64,000 nucleotides of DNA. It comes from Haliotis rubra. Lineage: Eukaryota. Every line of letters starts with the position of its first letter. The stretch's first letter is position 1. The stretch spans positions 620,001 to 684,000 of the forward strand of contig NW_025766997.1 of NCBI RefSeq assembly GCF_003918875.1, read 5' to 3'. Under the pieces are notes generated by a model. It was not told the origin of the DNA. It was given only the letters and a program-made list of their open reading frames with translations, and searched no databases. Shown in pieces: positions 25,932 through 38,931 of the stretch. Position numbers and translations under genes: made by a program.

Positions 25932-28109
25932 TTGCAGCAGAAATGTGCATCCAGTTATCTCAAATGTATAAAGTAAATGCAGAAACAAAATATGTCGCAT
26001 CCCTCAATTTGGTTCAATAAATAACACTGTACCTCAGGAGACATAGCAGTATTCACTGTACCAAATTCTTGACAAGCAATATCAGGATCACAAAAGTTCA
26101 CAACTTTACTTATATATAGATTTACAATTTGGAATTGTATCCATTTAAAACTGGATAAATAATAATATGGTAACACCTCTTTAGGCAAAGAGCCACTTTA
26201 ATCTAACCTTATGCACTTGATACAGGAGTAACCATAAAAATGGTTTTCATGGCACCAATCAACCATTTTGCAAATCATGGAACAAGTCATTGACAAATAA
26301 ACAACACCTGTCAGAAGCAGGTATGGGATCCACAAGATGCAATGACATACTGAAACCTAGGATCCATGTTTACAATAAGCTTAGATATTTAAACCAAATT
26401 TTACCCCACATAATAGTTTTCTGTTGAATCCATGATTTGATCCTTAGCAAAGTGTGAATAGTATAGTACTTTTGTTGGGTTGAGACCCATCTGGCATTCG
26501 AACCCACACCCTCAGAGTTTGGCACATATTCTAGGTCCTGCACCTATAATAATGATGAAATTTTACAGCACGGTACACTACACCATTACATTACAGTACA
26601 CTGTCCTGTAGCAAGAGACTTCTGGACCCTCAGTTTTGTAAGGCAAGGTAAAACACAATTTCACATTGGTAACATAATCCAACAAATAACTTTGTGAACA
26701 GAACTGCCTGAATATAAATACTGGTAGCGACAAAGTCGCCCAGAAGAAGTTTGAACCTGTACCAGGCAAACCAGTGATTAATGATCAGAGCATGTCATGA
26801 CCCTAAAAACCACCAGACATGTAGTTTCTGCAAGAGAGGATCTTTATACTTGACTTGCCGGGGACTATGGTGGACAAAACAAGTGGTTGATATTCATCAC
26901 TCTGTCATGAATTTTGAGAAAACTCAAATTACATTGGTCATATGAGTGAAACCAATTTGGGACCCCCAATAAACATTTAACACCTCATGCTCATGCACTA
27001 AGTTCCAAATTAATCAATTGTTTTAAATTAACAATAAATGCCTCAAAATGCAAAACATCATTACACTATTTAAGTACAACTGTACTAGAATCAAAGAGTC
27101 TAAGTGAATACGTTATTCTTTACATTTAATGTCTAACGACATTCATCTCATTTTTAAATGATACCAACATGATATTACACGGGGGACCCTGCTAACAAAT
27201 TAATATATATATCGATCAGGTATGATTTAATCTTTTAGGCTAGATCATTACATTAAGTACTCCAGGAAACATTCATTTAGACAGATTCTACCACTAGAAA
27301 AGAAAGTGGCAGTTATTCAAACATATCAATCAGATTTGTCAATTTCGGCAAACACATCACTCTGATTGGTTCATTTCATTGAGTGCATCAATGTTATTGG
27401 TCAATTTATTTCCCTTCAGCATGATAATACATCATGTTCAGACTAATCACTCACGTGAGTGCTTCCAATTTCATCCGTCTCTCCGGTCAATTTCTCTTGT
27501 ACATCCATAGACAACCGTGACGTCTACTCGAGTCAGCATTCTATGCAGTCGCTGTTGCTCACAGACTGTCAATTGCAAGGGACTTGTGCCTTTGATCACA
27601 ACTATATTTCTTTCCTAAAACCTACACATAAGGTTAGCTCTGATGTCTTGCCAAAAGAAATCAATTTGCCCTGGTTTGGCCTAATCTCTATATATAAGTG
27701 CTGTCAATTTTTCTCTGTCAGAAAATGGTAATATCTTGCAAACTTGACAAGTTATTTTGGTACCTCATGATAAAGTCTCTAAAACGAGACAATTAAACCA
27801 TTTTAAAAGGCACTCATGTCAACTATCAGAGTCATGGGTGACTCAATGTCATGACGGGCAGAAATCTGTAAAAAATTAAATTCAACATGGAGAAACAAGT
27901 CTGACGCTCTTTCCTCCTCACATCCATGATGATAACGTTTTGTTAATCTACTGCTTCACATTTGACAAGGAATAGTTTCTCAAATATCTTGATGTATGCT
28001 TACATATGCATTACCAATCGCCTTGAAGATCCAAGTTAAAATTTCAAAGTTGGCAAATCCCCTGATATTTAAAGTCCATGTGATAAGGCTTTATGAAGAT
28101 TCAATGATA

Positions 28110-28375
28110 AAGGCAAGAATTTTATGGATGTCAACTTCTTTAATGTGATGGCCACGATGTTTCGGAGTATATTCTTACTCCTTAATCAGGTGAATGAAAG
28201 AAGTAGGAATCAGACAGGTATATATATATATACATGTGAAAACAACAACAGTTATGAGACAACGAGGGAAACCAGTAGTTAATTGGCACTAAATAGGTAG
28301 ATGTCAATAAAGAAGTTGACATCCATAAAATTCTTGCCTTTTTGTGTATCACTTCTAAATGCCATTCAAAGACTT
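28110..28375 (-). mobile_element. Penelope-like element remnant (inverted pseudo-LTR ends, degenerate minimal hammerhead)
   Basis: Perfect 34-bp inverted repeat 28109-28142 / 28308-28341; 12-bp direct flank GATTCAATGATA (28098-28109, 28376-28387); hammerhead-like core at 28153-28192. Confidence 0.7.
28153..28192 (-). ncRNA. Degenerate minimal type I hammerhead ribozyme motif
   Basis: Minus strand CAC-CUGAUUA-A-GGAGUA(AGAAUA)UACUCC-GAAA-CAUC-GUG: stem I CAC/GUG, 6-bp stem II, core one substitution from CUGAUGA, GAAACAUC one substitution from GAAACGUC. Confidence 0.6.
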
Positions 28376-29605
28376 GATTCAATGATATATTATCATTTTT
28401 TCACATCTTTTCATAAAAAGATTCTGATGTGTAAACCTTCTATTTTCTATACGCGTATTCTAAACGCATGGTTAAACTGATGCATACATTTTGTCCACAA
28501 AGGTTATCAGGTGTGAAGGATATGGCCTAAGTAGCTGAAAATCATTTGTTCAAAGCTATTCATCTCATTCACTCTCAACAAATCCTAAATTTCAAACCAA
28601 AGACCACACAGCTGAACGTTTCTTTTGATATATCAAATATACAAATGTCAGAAAATATCCTTAACTTTCCCCTCCCAATCGATTTGATTTTACACGTAGA
28701 ACAAATCACCTGATACAAACATCTCACTAGAGCACAAATGCGAGTAAGTCCTCTTCATAAGATTTGCGGAAAAAATCTCATTCAAAATACCTTGCTAACA
28801 CTAATGTATTGTCCTCACGACATGCCTCAGTGACTTCTGAAGTTGACGTAGTACACGCCAGCTCCATAACAGCTTAACTTACAGATTTTATTTAACAATT
28901 TTCTAAAGCTTGGTCGCAAGGTTTTTGTTTCCTGTGCCATTCTCAACAAAATTTATGGATTTTATACACAAAGGCATCAGCAAACCTCAAGTGTACACCA
29001 AGCGTAATTTTCCTCAATAGTCGTACAATTATCTACGCAATGATAAAAAAGCAATGAAGTTATTCACACATGAATACCAAGCTTTCACCTCAATTAACCA
29101 GACACCCTTCGCGCATGATGCTGGTTTAAAGAGAGCGTATTGCTGAAATCTGATGCTAAATCTTTTCAGATTGGTCACAGACAGTTGCAAGCACCACCTA
29201 CTGTAAAGGAAGAAAGTCATTCTTTGTCACAGACATAACTCGATAACCTTCAGTATCTCTCACACGTTCACCTATTTCCCATTAAGTGTCACACATCTGT
29301 GAACGTGAATGCAAATCTGCAAATTTAACAGATTTTTTTTAATTTCACAATGTGCCACTTACGCCCATGTAATGAAAGTTATCAAGTACACAAATTGAAC
29401 TTATTAAATTTAAGAAAAAAAATTGTTCTACAGAGATAAAACCTAATTTATCCGGAGGAAATATAATCGTGATCTTGATTGACACTATACGTTTTAAAAA
29501 ATCTTCATTAAAAATCTTTAAAGTAAAACATTTAAAATAATTTACAGGTTGTCTAACCCTAGTTATGCAGTCTGGGACTGTGGATTTTATTCTTAATGTT
29601 ACAAA

Positions 29606-29775
29606 GGGTGGTGGGGTAGCCTAGTGGATCAAGCATTCGCTCGTCATGCAGAAGACCTGCGTTCGATTCCCCACATGGATACAATGTGTGAAGCCCATTT
29701 CTGGTGTCCCCCACTGTCATATTGCTGGATGATTGCTAAAAGTTTTGTAAAACTAAAACTAAACTCACTCACCCA
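29606..29775 (+). mobile_element. SINE family A
   Basis: A/B boxes, body and tail match the family. Confidence 0.88.
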
Positions 29776-32424
29776 CCCACTCCTTAAAGAGGCTGTATAC
29801 TCCACATGGAGCTGAGAAAGAAATCAAGTGCACACTGATACAGTCACCGGGGAAGAAATATTGAGTGCAATGAGCATTCATTCCAATTAAATGGACTAAT
29901 TATTTTTAACATCATGTTTATTACTTCAGTCTGTCGATAATTTTTTATAAAATCATAATTACTACTATCATTTAAATTACATCATCGTCTTATTCCAAAT
30001 AAATCACATCATACTTATCTTCCTTTGAGCAAAACACACACTATCCAAAAGGCAATAAAACACATCATATAGTTTGCACTTGAATTTCTTCAAGCAGTTA
30101 ACCTAAAAAGGTTTTTAAGCAAATATTCCCCATTAGCCAAAATAATAAAATTACAAAACCTCAAACACATTTCTTTGTAAAAACACCCTAAGGTTTGAAT
30201 GAACCTGATTTGAAAATGTGAAAATTCAAATAAAATTTAGATTAAATGTTAAGCAAGTGCCTTGAATTGAAGCGATGCATTCAGGTGGAATAACACTAGT
30301 ATATTCAAAGTGTCATAAATCTATGCAGTGTTTATAACAACATGGGCGTGCTTGAAATTTTATTTGCCCAAATGGGGCAAAAAATAAATACTTCGAACAA
30401 TGGAGACAAGGCTAACATAATGGTCATAAACGGAAATGTGTTTCTAAAACTCTTCAGTCCTCGCCATTTTTATCTCCAAACTCATAAACAGGCATTTTTC
30501 TATCTGGGACAAGTGTGAGCTGGTCGTAAATGGTCCCTTTAATCTTCATTTTTGGAAACCATTTTATTGCAGTCTGAGCTTCTTCATAGACCGTCGTTTA
30601 TTTCCTTCTTTTCTTTTGAAGAAGGACCTTGAGTCATCACCACATTCATGTTTAACCCTTTCTCTGCTCAAATCATATCTATACAATGGTCATTACACTT
30701 AACTAAACACACAGGCTATAAGTGGTTAAGTTTACATTTCTACTGGTGCCATCAAGTACATGTGCCATTTTCGAAGTGGACTGATTTGCTACAAAATACC
30801 CATCAACAGAAAGCTATAAATGACCATGGAGAAATAAGCAAAATGTCTGCTTGCGCTCAACTTGGCAAAATGCACTGATGTGTGGTGAAGGGAACTGAAC
30901 TGACTGCCAGGATTCCGAACCTGTGTAAAAACGTGAAAACAAGGCTTATGTAAGATATAAGGTGCTATGAGACAGATGTAACATAATTTACCACGTATAA
31001 CCTAATTAGGTACTTCTCTGTGAGTTTACCAAATTCATACTGAACATGTTACTAAAATACACCTGGAATATTCAGCTCCATTACTGACATGGCTTATTTT
31101 TTAGTATATATTTTTGGCATAAGATTCATAAACAGGTTTATTTTGAGAGTTCATGAAGTAGACAAGATATTTTGTCTATCCCTTCAAATGTAAACATTTT
31201 ACAAAATGTATCAAAACATTTGTTTAGATTTTAGAAACCATCACTTTGACATACGTTTTATAATTTTAAAATTCTACACACAATTTATCCACATGCAGAA
31301 TAAGTATCACAAAAAAGAACAACTGATTAAGACGTACACACATCTGTCAAACATTTATTTAAAAAACCTAAAAATTTAACAGGATGTAAAATGAAGCATC
31401 AACCATAAAAAGAATTTAAATAACACGTGAACATGTGAAGGCATTAAGTTCAGCGGTTCTTATACATACACATCTTTAGAACCATGCTGATAACTGAAAC
31501 TTGCACCTCACATTAAATACATGGTTTTGGTTGTAATTATCATTACAAATGCTATATCCATAAATAGAAGATGTTTACAGATACCTAATCTTGAACAGTT
31601 TCCATGGAATAAAATGGTAAGTCATAATTTGTGAAGAACTTTCTTTGAGATAGTATCATAAGTTTCCCAAGTACAATCTCTGAGCCACAGATTGACTTCA
31701 AAGTACTGCAACCAATTTCACATTTAAGACTTTTTAATTCTTTTATCAAATGCTTTCAAGCAGAATACTATCAATTTGAAGATATGCCTACTACTTCAGA
31801 ATTCCTGGAAACCATATATATTGGCATCCACTGATTTACATTTAGATAAATCTATTTTTGAAAAAAAATAAGGTCAGAAGTAAAATCCCCATGTGCCTTT
31901 TGGATGCAATCAGTAGAATATTTCAACCAAGATGAGAAGGTCATCCACACAGTGAAGATATTCTCAATTTTGCTTTTTCTTACAAGTATCAGCAACCACA
32001 TGGATGGAGAACAACAATTAGTCTGGAGAAATTCTTGATTCATTGCGTTTATTTTCTTTCTACAATAATACTGTGGGATGAAGACTTAATAATCTCAAAC
32101 AGATGAAGTTTTGTTAAAGTTAAGGATGCCAGGATGACAAAGACTTGAAAGTACATTTACTACAAGTTGTAATTATCTCCCTTTGTAAATATTTTGGTAA
32201 GAGTTATCTCCCTTCGTGACATTGGTACCAAACACAGTGAAACATTTATAAAAGTACAGTAAGTGGTAGCAAAGTTGCCAAGTGGTTAGGATTCAGTCAA
32301 GTATGTTGTACATATGGGTTTATATCCCGTTTTGGTGTCCTTATTCTTATACTGATGCAATAATGTTTTTACATACTGTCCATTTTCATGACTGCTAGAA
32401 TATGAGTACTTCATATTACAAATA

Positions 32425-32511
32425 ATTACTTCATGGCTAGCCCACCACAAGTGATTATTTTATGGCGAGCCCACCACAAGCAAACACTTCATGGCTAGCT
32501 CACCACAAGTA
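32425..32511. repeat. 29-bp minisatellite, short block (3 units)
   Basis: CATGGCTAGCCCACCACAAGTGATTATTT. Confidence 0.85.
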
Positions 32512-32942
32512 CATCATGCATCAGATCTGAACTATCAACACTAGACTACCAGCTTCCTGTTACCGAAGTAGTATGTTGTGGTAGTAGTTGTCTCCCTTTA
32601 AGGTATCCCATCGGCTACTTACTCTATCCCAGTAGTCCCCAGGGAAGGATTTGATAACATTTCCCTGTCGTTGTCAGCGTGTAAAGGTATAATATTTAGA
32701 CAGGCAATTCGGTACAGAGGCTTGTGCAGCTCCAACTGTTTGCTCCGGGGCCCTGTTCTCTAGCTTTCCTCATCATTAAATGATATATCATGCTCCAGAC
32801 TCCGACGTCTTGTCACAAACTCACATGTGGCAAACCGTATCAGAACCGATAACAAGCTGGGTGGCACTACATTGTAGATGTGGCCTGCCGTATCTATTAA
32901 CAAACTAGTAAGTCAGTCAATGTGGCTTGATAGCAATGTTAC

Positions 32943-33110
32943 TCCGGGTTAGAGCCCATGTAACTTCAGCCACCCATGCTTGTCGTAAAAGGCCACTAAC
33001 AGGATCGGGTGGTCACGGCCGCTGACTGGGTTGATGCATGTTATCATAACTCAATTGTGTAGACCGATGCTCATGATGTCAATCACTGAAATGTCTGGTC
33101 CAGATTCTAT
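32943..33110 (+). mobile_element. SINE-like family B, diverged partial
   Basis: TCCGGGTTAGA...CCCATGCTTGTCGTAAAAGGCCACTAACAGGATCGGGTGGTC...TCTGGTCCAGA. Confidence 0.75.
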
Positions 33111-33386
33111 CAATTAAAGTGAGTGAGTGAGTGAGTGAGTGAGAGGAGCATTCCAGCTATATCAACCTGTGTCAGCATGTGATGTGACATGAAATATATG
33201 TGCACCAGTCTGGTGCTGACAAACTTGATCAGGGAAAACTTGGATTCAAACTCATGATGATAGGGTTCTGGTGTCACCAAGGGACGCAACTCTGGATATT
33301 GAATTGCAGAGCCTTTGACTATGGACCACAAATACTCCTTGTAAGTTTATGCTAGCAGAATGTATTTAACATAATTAAACCATGTG

Positions 33387-34015
33387 ACAAGCAAACACTT
33401 CATGGCTAGCCCACCACAAGTGCTTATTTCATGGCTAGCCCACCACAAGTGATTATTTCATGGCTAGCCCACCAAAAGTGATTGTTTCATGGCTAGCCCA
33501 GCACAAGTGACTATTTCATGGCTAGCCCATCACAAGTGATTATTTCATGGCTAGCCCACCACAAGTGATTGTTTCATGGCTAGCCCACCACAAGTGATTG
33601 TTTCATGGCTAGCCTACCACAAGTGATTATTTCATGGCTAGCCCACCACAAGTGATTATTTCATGGCTAGCCCACCACAAGTGATTGTTTCATGGCTAGC
33701 CCACCACAAGTGACTATTTCATGGCTAGCCCACTACAAGTGACTATTTCATGGCTAGCCCACCACAAGTGATTGTTTCATGGCTAGCCCACCACAAGTGA
33801 TTATTTCATGGCCAGTCCACCACAAGCAAACACTTCATGGCTAGCCCACCACAAGTGATTATTTCATAGCTAGTCCACCACAAGTGACTATTTCCCAGAT
33901 AGCATTCAGACATTGGCCCAACGTTGGCAATGGCTTTGCCAACGTTGGGCCAACGTCCGAATGCTATCTTGGTTCATGGATAGCGCACCACAAGTAAACA
34001 CTTCAGGGCTAGCCA
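33387..34015. repeat. 29-bp minisatellite, main block
   Basis: About 19 units of CATGGCTAGCCCACCACAAGTGATTATTT. Confidence 0.95.
33894..33972. mobile_element. 79-bp palindromic CCCAG-ended (CACTA-type) micro-element
   Basis: CCCAGATAGCATTCAGACATTGGCCCAACGTTGGCAA-loop-TTGCCAACGTTGGGCCAACGTCCGAATGCTATCTTGG; interrupts a satellite unit and duplicates TT. Confidence 0.8.
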
Positions 34016-35649
34016 ACTTGAACAGTGGTCAAGAATCAAGTGGCGAATTGTTTCCCCATTAAAATGATGATAAATTAATGAGGTCCTGACAATGAAGTAA
34101 AATTATTGTGATGGTGAAAATATGTATCTTGCATACTAAATTCTGAAACTCTTAAAATTCTTTTTTAATTCTTTCAATCACCTTGCAATTGTTCAAAGGA
34201 ACATTTACATTTGAATTTGCTGTTTTCTCCTTCCATGCTATAAACAACTGATAACACTGACCCAGATATGAAGATCGACGCTCATGATATCACTCCCTGG
34301 ATTGTCTGGCACAGGCTCAAATGGTTACAGACCGACATCATATTGTTGGAATATTGAGGAGTGCGGCATTAAACAAAAAACAACAAGCAAAACATCACCA
34401 CGATTACCTGATAACATGGTACAAATAATTTTGTGCCTCTTCTCAAAGACAACATCAAGAAATTGTTGTAGTTGCGTGTATCTGTGACTAAAAAAACATT
34501 CACTTTTGACAAATGGTGTCTGGAACTATAAATTTAACCAGACAAGCATTCAGTGTGAACTGCCCCCCTTGAAGTTGTTTCTCTGACAAGCAGGGGAAGA
34601 TTGTTCGTCTTGTAAATTGAAATCCTTACTTTCAGCTGAAGTTGAATCAGTTAAAACAAACCTCAGTGCTTAAACTGTCTTCTAGCCAACTTGGAATGGT
34701 TGAGTGTACATCTTTGTATACGGTACGTGCTAACAAGCAGTTTCTGCAAATTAGCTAATCATACATCATCTGGGCTAGACGCTGAACATTTATCTCTGTG
34801 TGTTATGTACATATGCCACGTTAACTGTATTTAACCATTTCTTAATAGAATCTTCAGTTTAGTGAGCTATCTTTGTCTCAGAAATTCTACAGGAATTTAA
34901 AGTAAAAGATCTTAAGATGCTATTCATGTTTGTAGTTGAACAACATTCACCTGCCTTTTAACTGGGAAATGATCGTTAAAGGTGTTAAACTGCTTCAGAA
35001 TTTCTAAAGTTATCTGAAGCTAACACTGTTCCCTGTAGGATTTGAAATGGTTCCTAAAAACTATATGTACACTGTGTGCAAATACCTCTCCAAGACCACA
35101 GTGTATGTGTATATATGTTGGTGGTATTCCAATCTCATGGTGTCATAAGGTCGAGAGGATGTCTATTTGAAATGGCAACAGTGCTGATGATTGTTGAAGT
35201 CTTCTGACAACTACGACAAGAGATTTACGTTTTCTGTCTTAAGTTCTCAAAAGTAGACATGGTCAGACTGAAATGCGTGATTATTAATGCGTGCATTTAA
35301 AATGCTCACATTAATTTCATGATTTACAGTATATCTTTTATAACTGAGGGTTGTGATCAGTACATTTTTCAAAACAGGGGCTCTAACGAAATAAGAAATA
35401 GTGAGTATTTAGAAATAATTACTCTCATACAGATATTAGAAAACTTGTGCAAGAATATATGTATTACCTCATTCAGAAATGAAAAAAATCGGTCTCATTT
35501 CATGAAATCAGTTTGACACAGATGCTTGTATAGTAGTCTCTATTCATGTTACCATCTCTATGAACAGCAAAACGCCTTAGCACAACCAACCATTCTAGTG
35601 TTGTGGCCAGGTAGGTACTGTACCTGAACTTTCTCTATCCTTCTTATAA

Positions 35650-35815
35650 GGGGGGTGGTGGGGTAGCCTAATGGTTAAAGCGTCCACTCATCATGCTGAA
35701 GACCCAGGTTCGAATCCCCACATGGGCACAATGTGTGAAGACCATTTCTGGTGTTCCCTGCCTTGATATTGCTGGAATATTGCTAAAAGCGGCGTAAAAC
35801 CATACTCACTCACTC
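35650..35815 (+). mobile_element. SINE family A
   Basis: Full-length match to the family. Confidence 0.88.
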
Positions 35816-35890
35816 GCTTCACATAAGGAAACCAACAACCAACCCATAACCTACTCCTGTCCAGTAGACCCAGTCTCCAGTCCCAACTCA

Positions 35891-36500
35891 TCTCATCTCA
35901 TCTTTATTCTCAAAAACCCACGTTCGGTGGTACATGAGACAATTGAATACAAATGAATATGATAAATGCCAAGATAGCAGGGATGTACATCGAAGTTTAT
36001 AATACACATACATGTACAATGATATATTATAACTAACTAAAAAAGCGTAAATGTTACAAATTAGATTTTATTCGGAGCCTTTTTGGAAACAATTCTAATA
36101 TATTTTGCAAAGTTACGTAATGTGTTTGTTCTTTTGGATTTGAAAAGGTTCGCCATTTTTGAGAGATTCGGCCATTGTAGAAATTGATTTGGGATAAAAA
36201 TTGATCTTTCTGAAATAAAGGCTTCACATTTAAAAAGATAATGGAGCTCATCTGCAACTGCTGGTGAGCTGCAGAGAGGGCAAAGTCGCTCTTCTTTGGG
36301 TACTCCACTCCAGCAGACAGTCTCAACCGGTAGGTTATGGTTTGATGTTCGGAACATCAAAAGCTACTGTGATATAGCTTTAGGAAGGAGAAGATATATT
36401 TCAAAATCTGGGGAGTGTTTGTACCATCGATAATAGATACCTTTTGTGATTGTCATGATATTTTCTCTCCAATTTTGAATAAACCAATCAATGTACCTCA
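35891..36500 (-). mobile_element. 5'-truncated LINE 3' end (RTEX-like), ORF2 C-terminal CCHC zinc finger
   Basis: FRTSNHNLPVET..W...PKEERLCPLCSSPAVADELHYLFKC, preceded by WRENI..K..Y...K...E.YL; AATAAA followed by a (GATGA)n tail. Confidence 0.85.
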
Positions 36501-36653
36501 AACTCACCCCTACATCCTTCCCAAAATACACACTCACCCATATCATACACTAATACCCATAACAAACCGTTTTGTCCTTCTACATAAATTGATGCACAGC
36601 CATGATCCCTTCCAAGAAACACCCTACCATACGACACACCTCATTTGATTCTG

Positions 36654-36815
36654 GGGGCGGTGGGGTAGCCTAATGGTTAAAGTGTCCACTTGTGACATTG
36701 AAGACCCGGGTTCGATTCCCCACATGGGTACAATGTGTGAAGTCTAATTCTGGTGTCATATGCTGTGATATTGCTGGAATATTGCGACATGGCGTAAAAC
36801 CATACTCACTCACTC
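36654..36815 (+). mobile_element. SINE family A
   Basis: Full-length match to the family. Confidence 0.88.
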
Positions 36816-37002
36816 AATTGTTTCTACGCAGGAAAATGCACAGCTATATAGAAACAGCACATTCCACACACACACACACAGAGCAACAATCACTAAGACA
36901 GTCCTCCTCCCAACCACACACCTTGAGTGATTCTGCCCAGAAAATGCACAGCTATACAAAAACAAAACTTTCCACACACATCACTCCCCAACACACAGGC
37001 AC

Positions 37003-37007
<5 letters not shown>

Positions 37008-37048
<41 letters not shown>

Positions 37049-37079
37049 ACACACACAGATAGAGAGAGAGACACACACA
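37008..37079. repeat. (AG)n/(AC)n microsatellite
   Basis: Direct inspection. Confidence 0.95.
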
Positions 37080-37626
37080 TGCATGCACTGATACACAGCA
37101 ACAATCCCCTAAGAACCTGTCCCTCCCAACTACACACCTGCACTGATTCTACCCCATACAGAGCTACCTTCTACCATGCCCTTCCTCCTGGCACACTCCA
37201 GTCTATGACTGCCATTAACTAATCTTTTCCTCTGAATACACAGGTACAAAACAATCCTTCCCCTTCAATAACCTCACCCTCCTACTCTTTACATCTTCAC
37301 CGACCCTACCCCCCAACATACACAGCTTCAACCAAACAATCCCTCCCACATTCCCTCCCCAAACCTTACCCTCCTACCCATGTATCGCCCCCACTGTAGC
37401 TCACTGTGGGGAACTGCCAGGCATCAAACACATTCCATCAATGGCTGGCATCCAAACCTGCCCCAAGCCACCTGTTCACCAAGCATCTGTGTTGTGCCTT
37501 ATCACAACCAGGAGGAACCAGATTGCTGTTCTCAAGCCTTATGAAACAATGCTGATACCTTTCTAACAAAGACAGCACTGATCCCAAGTGTCCCTGACCA
37601 GTTCTGCTAACAAGTGCTGTCAATAA

Positions 37627-38310
37627 GGCTGAAGGGGTCGTTGTCGGCATAGGTACTACAGATATGTACCACAGGTACGTTTCTGTATACAGTCTGTCTC
37701 ATAGTCCCTGAACCACATTATTTTCCCTACAGCATAGCCTTCCCTGCAATGCTAAAGCTCTAAATGAAGCAAGTCTAGATTTCTTCTGTATACAGAAACG
37801 TATCCTGGCCATAATGAGAATACAGAAACGTACCCTAGGACGATTCCATTCCCATTCTTGATCGGAACTGTCATGCTGTTGTATTAGATACATTTGATTG
37901 CGTTATGGAAGTAATGAGAATACACAGTAACGGATATTTCGCGATGCATATGAATACCACTCGCAATCAGTTGAACAGGAACAACTACATGCGGTTTCGG
38001 GTTTGGATTGCGGAATATGGACTCGTTCGCCTTTTAGGATACCGGCTACGTTTCTGTATTTTGACTTTGTTTAGGGTACATATTCAGATACAGAAACGCA
38101 TCTGGGGTAATGATTCAGTAGTCCTGTGCCAACAACAACAGGAACAACTACATGCGGTTTCGGGTTTGGATTGCAGAATATGGACTCGCTCACCTTTTAG
38201 GATACAGTGCGTTTCTGTATTTTGACTTTGTTTAGGGTACATATCTGTATGCAGAAACGTACCTGGGATACGTATCTGTAGTACCTGTGCCAACAACAAC
38301 CCCTTCAGCG
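37627..38310. mobile_element. Harbinger-like MITE with ~65-bp TIRs
   Basis: GGCTGAAGGGGTCGTTGTCGGCATAGGTACTACAGAT...CGTTTCTGTATAC mirrored at about 38245-38310; TAA left, TCA right; internal direct duplication ~37975/38140. Confidence 0.8.
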
Positions 38311-38334
38311 TCAGTAAGAAAGTACTGAACACCA

Positions 38335-38527
38335 AGTCTGTCTCATAGTTCCTGAACCACATTATTTTCCCTACAGCATAGCCTTCCCTGCAATGCTAAA
38401 GCTCTAAATGAAGCAAGTCTAGATTTCTTCAGGTTCTGAATCTCTGGTCTCCCTTGGGCTCCTTTTCAATTTAAATGGGTTTATTTGTTACAATCAAAAT
38501 TATATATTCAGAGACTAAGCATTACTG
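38335..38527 (+). mobile_element. Family C element
   Basis: Collinear with the 49815-50016 copy; ends CAGAGACTAAGCATT. Confidence 0.8.
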
Positions 38528-38775
38528 AACCCCCACTGCCCTATAACTACCTCAGATCAGTGAGACAGTCTGCAGAGTTCTTCAATACATCATCAAGGTG
38601 ATGATTATGGTAACAAATATATTCCACACCTACAGCCTCTGTCATAATTCCTTATCTTATGTCAGAGTGTTGACAAAGAGATATGGTCAGAGAGACTGGG
38701 TTGAGAGTTTAATGAGCCATACTGTCAAAAATTGAAAGGTCACACAGGCTATTTCTCACTCTTTAATTTTAGCTG

Positions 38776-38931
38776 TGAGTGAGTTTGGTTTTACGTCGCC
38801 TTTGTCAATATTCCGGCATTATCACAGCAGGGGACGCCAGAAATTGGCATATTTACATATTCTACCTATGTGGGGAATCGAACCTGGGTCTTCAGTGTGA
38901 TGTTTTAACCATTAGCCTATCCTACCACCCC
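38776..38931 (-). mobile_element. SINE family A, diverged
   Basis: Reverse-complement match. Confidence 0.75.

Noticed and set aside
27300-27720. Cluster of CCAAT-like, CACGTG and TATATAA motifs as a promoter
   Set aside because: Short motifs expected by chance; no downstream exon evident.
33387-34015. 29-, 40- and 41-bp arrays as CRISPR-like repeats
   Set aside because: Head-to-tail units with no unique spacers, no cas genes, and a eukaryotic context.
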